Assembly (NCBI GenBank): GCA_964016885.1
Contig: OZ024752.1
Span: 33,232,001-33,296,000 of the forward strand
Length of the DNA stretch: 64,000 bases
Direction: 5' to 3'
Source: Eledone cirrhosa
Taxonomy: Eukaryota
The notes under the pieces were generated by a model. The model searched no databases. It worked only from the letters and a program-made list of their open reading frames with translations, and was not told the origin of the DNA. Below are positions 55,461 through 64,000 of this stretch, piece by piece (position 1 is the first letter of the stretch; every line of letters begins with the position of its first letter). The position numbers and the translations under genes were made by a program.

Positions 55461-55834
55461 TTATATATATATATATATGTGTATGTAATTACATATACAT
55501 ATGTGTGTGTATAATTGTATACGTGTGCGTGTGCGTGCATGTATGTGTATGTATGTGTTTATGTATTTGTATATGTATATTTATGTGTGAGAGTGTGTAT
55601 GTATTTACTACTTCGTACGTATGTATACGTGCATTTGTGTGTATTACTTACCACGCGTGTCTGGCCAGTTAGCTGCCTTCTGTATCGCTGTCAAAAAATT
55701 TTTATATATATATATATATATATAGTAGAATAATCGAGTATCGAAAAATCGGCGCACGAGTTCACGATAAACAAAATTCGAGATGAGCGGCAGAGGGCTC
55801 TATAATTCAAATAAATTAGAGCTATAACTATCGT

Positions 55835-55871
<37 letters not shown>

Positions 55872-56290
55872 CTTATATTTATTTGCGTGTGTGAATATGT
55901 AGAGGAGTGCATTTATGTATGTGTATGTATGTACGTGTGTATATATGGATGATTGTGTGCATGTATGTATGTATGTATATGTATGTGTGTATGGCTATGT
56001 TTGTGTATGTGTATGCTTGTACACATAACACATATATATATATATGTATATGTGTATATATATATGTATGTATATGTGTGTATGTATATGTATTTATATT
56101 TATGTTTCTATGTGTATGTATGTGTGTATATATGTGTGTGTGGTTGTATATATGTATGTGTATGTATGGATGTGTTGATATTTATGTGCGTATGTATATA
56201 TGTGTTTGTGTGTATTTATATACACATATATGTGTGTGTGTGTGTGTATGTATGAGTGTATGTATGTGTATATATATGTGTATGTATATG

Positions 56291-56374
<84 letters not shown>

Positions 56375-56510
56375 CTTTTGTGTTTTTGGGTGTGTTTGCA
56401 TGTGTAGTTTTATTTTATTTTTCCTTTCCTTCTTCCTTCTCCAGCCTCACTTTCATATAGATTGCATTTTTGTTTTTAAAATCCAAATTCAATAAACAGA
56501 CCAGGATTTT

Positions 56511-56568
56511 TTCATTCTGAGGATTGAAAGCAAAATCTTTTGCTTTTAAGAAACCACTGGTAAATGGA
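56511..56568 (+). ncRNA. Type I hammerhead ribozyme (GUA triplet), paralogue of 54404-54460
   Basis: ttcatt-CTGAGGA-ttgaaagcaaaa-tc-ttttgcttttaa-GAAA-ccactgg-TA^aatgga. Confidence 0.8.
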
Positions 56569-56609
56569 ATAATTGCCTTGTGTTGTTTATTACATAAATA
56601 TATATATAT

Positions 56610-56667
<58 letters not shown>

Positions 56668-56805
56668 TATAACATATATATATATAATATATAATATATA
56701 TATAATATATATATATATAATATATAATATATATATATATATAATATATAATATATATATAATATATATATATATAATATATAATATATATATAATATGT
56801 AATAT

Positions 56806-59250
56806 ATATCTCTTAATCTTGACACTGGCCTATATTACCCTTACCATAAAAACAATGAGAACCTAAATTATGTTAACTTTAAATCTAACCATCCTACCAA
56901 TATCAAGAATGCTATAGTTAGTAATATTGGAAAAAGAATATCTAACATATCTTCTAATAAAAACATCTTTGATGCTAACGCTAATTACTATAATAACGCA
57001 CTTTCTAAAGCCGGCCATCCAGATAAAATCAAATATAGTAAAGAAACAAATTCTAGAAAAACTTACAGTAGAATAATTAATCATGATCATTCCAATAATT
57101 TTAATAAAAGACCTAGATACAAAAACATAATCTGGTATAATGCTCCTTTCTCCATCTCTATTAATAACAATATTCCTAAATTATTTTTTAGTGCCTTAAA
57201 TAAATGCTTCCCTCCCTCACATATCTATAGTAAAATATTTAACAAACACACCATCAAATTTTCTTATTCTACATCCTCCAATATTTCCAACATCATCTCT
57301 AAACACAACAATAAAATACTAAATACTAAATCTCTTCCTTCCAACATTGAATTTCATAATAACAGTAATAGTACTCCCGACGTCATTGTAAACCCTAGGC
57401 TAACTTCTGTAAACCCAAATACAACGTCAAACACAACTTCGCTAAATGTTCATAATCCAACTCTAAATCAAGAAACTATTATTCCTATCGCAAACAACTT
57501 CTCCAATCCAATTCCTTCTATAGATAACACTAGGTCACTCATTAATAATCTCTCTAATTGCAACTGCCGCATTAAAAATAAATGTCCTCTCAACAACCAT
57601 TGTCTTGATAAAAACTTAATTTATGAATGTAAAATTATAACTAGCACCAATTCCTTCACCTATTTTGGCTCCACTTCCACCTCTTTTAAAGCTCGTCTCT
57701 ATAATCACCATTCATCTTTTAAATACAAACTTAAAAGAACCAACACGGCTCTCTCAGAACTCATATGGTCCTTGAAAGACAAAAACATTAAATATACCAT
57801 CTTTTGGAAGAAGGTTTCTTCTGCATCCTCATACTTGAACAGCTCTCTATCTAAAATCTGTAATCTCTGCCTAAATGAAAAATTTACCATTATCTCTAAT
57901 CTAGATTCTATAATAGACGTACAGATTTGTTTTCTATCTGCCTGCATAAATTCCATAGGACTTTTCACAAAGTATACAGCTAATATTCAATTCTTTATCA
58001 ATTTAGAATCTTTTCTCAAAGGCACATATACACCTCTTTAAAATATACCCATCTTCCTACCTTACTTCAAAGGGCATTATACACTCTATAATACTTGTTT
58101 ACTCATTACCCTCATTCTATCTTCAACTTGTAAAATCCTTCATAACATATACATTTGTTTTTTTGACCTTAGAATATTCATCCGCAATTATTATTATTTT
58201 TTCTCTCTATCATAAAACTTTTTAATCTCAATTTCATCCTTAATTTATTATTTTTTTCTCCCCATCAACGAACTCATTCTTAATACATATTAACTCTTTC
58301 TTCGCACATATTATCAACTCCTTCAATATACAAACCTTAACTTCACATTATTTTTCTCAAATCATCTAATACACAAACCTTAATAATTTGTTAATACATA
58401 TTAACTCTTTCTTCGCACATATTATCAATTCCTTCAATATACAAACTTTAACTTCACATTATTTTTCTCAAATCTTTCTACACACAAACCTTAATAATTT
58501 TTTCTCTTCGTTAATTTTGAAATTGCCACAATACTTATCAACATACACCTTTTTGATGTTAGAATATTCATCCGCAATTATTATTTTTTCTCTCTATCTT
58601 CATACATAAACTCCCTCTCTTTCCTCGTAAATATTTTTCCCTTCGTTAATTTTCAAATTCTTTTAATTTATACATTATCTTCCAACGGTTCTCAACCTCT
58701 CTATATAAAACAATATATCTTTTCTCAGTTACAAAAACTATCTCTTTCTCTCTATCACGCATCTCTCCCTCTCCACCTTCACTCTCATCTCCTCCCCCTT
58801 TGTTCATCCTTTCCACCCCCCCTCCCTAAATAAAATATTTTTTCCTCGTACATATTTTTCCCTTCGTTAATTTTCAAATTCTTTTAATTTATACATTATC
58901 TTCCAACGGTTTTCAACCTCTCTATGTAAAACAATATATCTTCTCTCAGTTATAAAAACTATCTCTTTCTCTCTATCACCCATCTCTCCCTCTCATCTCC
59001 TCCCCTTTTTCATCCTTTCCACCCCACCCCCCTCTCTAAATAAAATATTTTTCCCAATATCACACATCAATCTAAAACCACTTTTCATATGTTGATTTAA
59101 AACTGCACTATCCACAAGTGTTTTTTAGCCTTCATATCATGTTCTCCTGTTTTATCTGATGAAAACACAAATATTATGGCATGATGATGTTTGTTTTTGA
59201 AATGCGCATAATAAAATACATGGAACTCCTTTAACCATCTTTTGATCTTA
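56806..59250 (+). mobile_element. Penelope-like element family D, 5'-truncated; coding remnant about 56806-57983, pyrimidine-rich 3' UTR with internal duplications
   Basis: Open frame LNLDTGLYYPYHKNNENLNYVNFKSNHP...IIWYNAPF...CNCRIKNKCPLNNHC...LIY...YFG...FKARLYNH...CNLC; a frameshift near 57912 restores NRRTDLFSICLHK...*. Confidence 0.88.
59149..59217 (+). ncRNA. Type I hammerhead ribozyme
   Basis: gttttat-CTGATGA-aaacacaaatatta...tgatgtttgttttt-GAAA-tgcgca-TA^ataaaat; palindromic stem III. Confidence 0.8.
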
Positions 59251-59899
59251 TATTATAATATATAATATATATATAATATATAATATATATATAATATATA
59301 TATATATATAATATATATATATATATAATATATATATATATATAATATATATATATATATAATATATATATATATATAATATATATATATATATAATATA
59401 TATATATATATAATATATATATATATATAATATATATATATATATAATATATATATATATATAATATATATATATATATAATATATATATATATATAATA
59501 TATATATATATATAATATATATATATATATAATATATATATATATATAATATATATATATATATAATATATATATATATATAATATATATATATAATATA
59601 TATATAATATATATATATATATAATATATATATATATATAATATATATATAATATATATATATATATAATATATATATATATATAATATATATATATATA
59701 TAATATATATATAATATATATATATATATAATATATATATATATATAATATATATATAATATATATATATATATAATATATATATATATATAATATATAT
59801 ATAATATATATATATATATAATATATATATAATATATAATATATATATATATATAATATATATATATATATAATATATATATATATATAATATATATAT

Positions 59900-59930
<31 letters not shown>

Positions 59931-60240
59931 ATATATAATATATATAATATATAATATATATAATATATAATATATATAATATATATATATATAATATATA
60001 TATATATAATATATATATATAATATATATATATATATAATATATAATATATATATATATAATATATATATAATATATATATATATAATATATATATATAT
60101 AATATATATAATATATATATATATAATATATATATATATAATATATATATATATAATATATATATATATAATATATATATAATATATATATATATAATAT
60201 ATATAATATATATATAAATATAATATATATATATATAATA

Positions 60241-62845
60241 TCATCATCATCATCATCATCATCAACGTTTAACGTCCGTGTTCCACGCTTGCATGGGTTT
60301 GGACGGGGGTAGTCCCACTTGAGGCAAGAGTGATTGTCTTGCTCGCATAGGACTGTCTGGCAGGTTTTCTACAGTTGGATGCCCTTCCTAACACCAACCA
60401 CATTTACAGTGTGGGTCTGGGAGGTTTTTACCGTGTTGCCTACACGGCCACATTACAGCGTGGACTGTGTGTTTTTTTGTCGTGACACCTACACGATCTC
60501 GTTTGTTTCGGCCTGGATGGCGCGGCACCAACATAACTTTACATGGAACGGGGTGGTGTGGATGGGGTGGGGGTGGTGGCGGGACGGGGTGTAGTTTGTT
60601 AGAGATGCCTACTGGCAAGGCGGGTCTTCTCTGTTACTGAGTACCGCCAAAGGTCACGGTCCAGTGACATTGTCTTGGAGAGGTGTAAGTGTATGAGGTC
60701 GGAGTTTATCAGCTCATCCCATGTTTTTCTAGGTCTGCCTATTCCGTGGCTACCGTCTATCTTTATTGCCCTGCACTTTGTAATACAGCTATCGACTTTC
60801 ATGCGCATCACGTGTCCATACCAACGCAGCCTTCTCTCGAGTAAACAACATCTGATCCCTCTTATCTCTAATTTTTTCCTTAGTTCGTTTATGCTTTGCC
60901 GTTCACGTATATTACTGTTACACATCCAGCGGAGCATGCAAGCTTCGTTCCTCTCTAGTCTGCGTATATCCTCTGCACACAATGCCCAGGTCTCACTACC
61001 ATGCAACATTGCTGTTCGTATGCAGGCATCGTACAACCTGCCTTTCATTTTTAGGGAGAACCCTTTAGCAGCTAATAGTGGTATAAGCTCTCTGAACTTT
61101 TTCCAACCAGTTCTGACTCTAGCTACAGTACTTTCAGAGCACCCTCCCCCACTGCTGATTTTATCGCCCAGGTAACGGAAGCTGTCCACTATTTCTATAG
61201 AACCCTCTGCGCAATTGAAAGAGCTAGTATTTTGTGGGCACTTGCTGCTACTTATTGCACCAGAACATCGGCCACATGTAAAGTCTATGTTCTTAGTTAG
61301 CTTACCTGTGATCCCACTACATCTTTTATGCACCCATACTTTGCATTTAGGACATAAGATGGAGTTTCTACCTACGCCTTTCCTACATACCGAGCACGAC
61401 CATTTCCCAGAAGGGACCGCCGCCTTGTTTTCTTTCCTACAAACTAGAACTTTGGTCTTAGCCAGGTTAATTTTAAGTCCTTTTGACTCTAGGCCGTGCT
61501 TCCATGTTTGGAATTTCTTCTCTAGCTCGGCCATTGATTCCGCTATGAGTGTCAGGTCGTCTGCGTATAGGAGTTCCCATGGGCAGCCTGTCTTGAACTC
61601 CTCTGTTATAGCCTGAAGGGCAATAATAAATAGTAGGGGGCTGAGAACAGAGCCCTGATGGACGCCAACTTTTACGCTAAACTCTTCACTATATTCGTTG
61701 TTAATTCTAACCTTGCTGACTGTTTCTTTATACATGGCTTGTATAGCCCTCACAAGCCATTCGTCAACGCCTAGTTTTCTAAGAGCCCACCAGATAATGG
61801 AGCGGGGGACTCTGTCGAAGGCTTTCTCCAGGTCGACAAAAGCTAAGTAGAGGGGTTTACCTTTAGCTAGGTACTTCTCCTGTAGTTGTCGTACTATGAA
61901 AAGAGCGTCTGTGGTGCTTTTGCCTGACACAAACCCGAACTGCATTTCATCTAGATCAATTCTCTCTCTGATTAGTTGCGCTATTACTTTTTCCGTGACC
62001 TTCATGACCTGGTCGATTAATTTAATGCCTCTATAGTTACTCATCTAGGGCGTCTCCTTTACCCTTATAACAGTTAACGATGATGCTGCTATGCCAGTCC
62101 TTCGGAACAACCCCATTCTGTACGACTTGGTTAACTATGCGGGTGACCATGGTGTGTCCCACCGTGCCAGATGCCTTCAGCATCTCAGCAACTATTTCCG
62201 AAGGCCCAGCCGCCTTACCAGTCTTCATATCCTTGATTGCCTTACTTATTATACTCCCCTCGACTAACACTGCTGGTCCCTCTATCGGGTCGATATGGGG
62301 GAGACTGTCTTTCTCCCATTTATTCTCCTCATTTAGTAGCCTTTCATAGTGACACTTCCAAGCTACCTTCTTATCAGTGTCGGTGATGGCAAGTATGCCA
62401 TCATCGTTAAGTACACACTTCTCCCCGACAATATCACGGTTTTCCTTGACGCATTGCCTGGCAATCCTGAACACCTCACGTTTTTGGTCATCGCGTTGTA
62501 GAACATGCTTGAACTTTCTTTCCTCCGCTTCCCTTCTTGCTAAGTACACTTCTCTCCTAGCTTCCCTCCTGGCCACTTGATAGTCTACTCTACTTCCCCC
62601 ATCCCGCCATACTTTCCAAGCCTGCTTTTTGGCCTTAATTGACCCCTCCACCCTATTGTTCCACCACCATGTTACTCTCCTCCTGCCTACAGGCCTGCTC
62701 CAGCCACAGACCTCGTCTGTCGCCAACAGCAGGTTTGCTTTCAGAAATTTCCACTGTCCCTCTATATTGTCCGATTCTAGATGCTCTTCCTTACTATCAA
62801 AAGCATCAAGTAATATGCTTTGAAATTTATTTCTGGCTGTGGGGA
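60241..62845 (-). mobile_element. RTE-clade LINE, 5'-truncated (no APE domain seen), one frameshift near 62040
   Basis: WWWNNRV...GKAAGPS...CYKGKGDALD / SNYRGIKL, QFGF, FVDLEKAFDRVPR, GVHQGSVLSPLLF, LLYADD, FRYLG, RRLRWYGHVMR, GRPRKTW; (cat)n tail at 60241-60264. Confidence 0.93.
60599..62044 (-). pseudogene. RTE reverse transcriptase with an embedded PHD-type zinc finger
   Basis: YADD catalytic motif; C4HC3 pattern CSVC-x10-CPKC-x4-HKRC-x14-CGRC between KTKVL and FRYLG. Confidence 0.88.
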
Positions 62846-62924
62846 ATATATATATATATAATATATATATATATAATATATATATATATAATATATATAT
62901 ATATAATATATATATATATAATAT

Positions 62925-62956
<32 letters not shown>

Positions 62957-63010
62957 ATATAATATATAATAATATATATATAATATATATATATAATATA
63001 TATATATAAT

Positions 63011-63044
<34 letters not shown>

Positions 63045-63161
63045 ATATATATATATAATATATATAATATATATATATATAATATATATATATATAATAT
63101 ATATATATATATAATATATATATATATAATATATATATATATATAATATATATATATATAT

Positions 63162-63194
<33 letters not shown>

Positions 63195-63222
63195 ATATAT
63201 ATATAATATATATATATATAAT

Positions 63223-63271
<49 letters not shown>

Positions 63272-63657
63272 TATATAATATATATATATAATATATATAT
63301 ATAATATATATATATAATATATATATAATATATATATAATATATAATATATATAATATATATATATATAATATATATATATATAATATATATATAATATA
63401 TATATATATAATATATATATATATAATATATATATAATATATATATATCATATATATATATATATATATAATATATATACATAATATATATATATATAAT
63501 ATATATACATAATATATATATATATAATATATATATAATATATATATATATATAATATATATATATAATATATATACATAATATATATATATAATATATA
63601 TAATATATAATATATATATATATAATATATATAATAATATATATAATATATATATAT

Positions 63658-63690
<33 letters not shown>

Positions 63691-63854
63691 GTCTGTAACA
63701 TTGTTACTATTTGTTCACCGACATGAGCACTCAATACATATGTGGGTTTGGTTTAGTTATAGTCTGTGGTGTTGTACATTTGGTATTTTACTATAGTCAG
63801 TCTCCTTTAGAAGCAGTGTTAATGATAATGAGTAAGAATGAGGTGTCAAAGTAT

Positions 63855-63904
<50 letters not shown>

Positions 63905-63917
63905 TGTGTCTGTGTCT

Positions 63918-63957
<40 letters not shown>

Positions 63958-64000
63958 TTATGTATTTCTTTATTTTTGGCTAGTTCCCAACTTCATCAAC

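Noticed and set aside
63690-64000. Candidate SKAP2 first exon
   Set aside because: No suitable - strand ATG-initiated phase-1 exon resembling the SKAP N-terminus was recognised

Overview
Eukaryotic, very AT- and microsatellite-rich genomic DNA. The SINE, RTE and MITE repertoire suggests an octopod cephalopod (inferred, not verified). Two intron-containing host genes converge tail-to-tail: the last 7 coding exons of alkylglycerol monooxygenase (AGMO, + strand, 186-12673) and 7 coding exons of a SKAP2/SKAP1-like PH+SH3 adaptor (- strand, 30807-14334). The first SKAP exon was not found, so 31-64 kb is probably one large intron. That region is a nest of Penelope-like retroelements (RT + CxCx5Cx5C linker + C-terminal GIY-YIG) from at least four families, all inserted in (TA)n. 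Several form near-perfect fold-back palindromes (about 10.7 kb, 2.25 kb and 0.18 kb) with a one-sided tail. About 13 type-I hammerhead ribozyme motifs of 7-8 sequence types were read by eye, including ones with a very long stem II, palindromic (dimer-type) stem III and core variants. Also present: RTE LINEs with a PHD finger inside the RT, a CR1 3' end, a non-autonomous Helitron carrying a 28-bp CpG-rich array, hAT/piggyBac/mariner-type MITEs, tRNA-derived SINEs and many minisatellites, two of which multiply splice-signal motifs next to AGMO exons. Most long ORFs in the supplied track are low-complexity artefacts.
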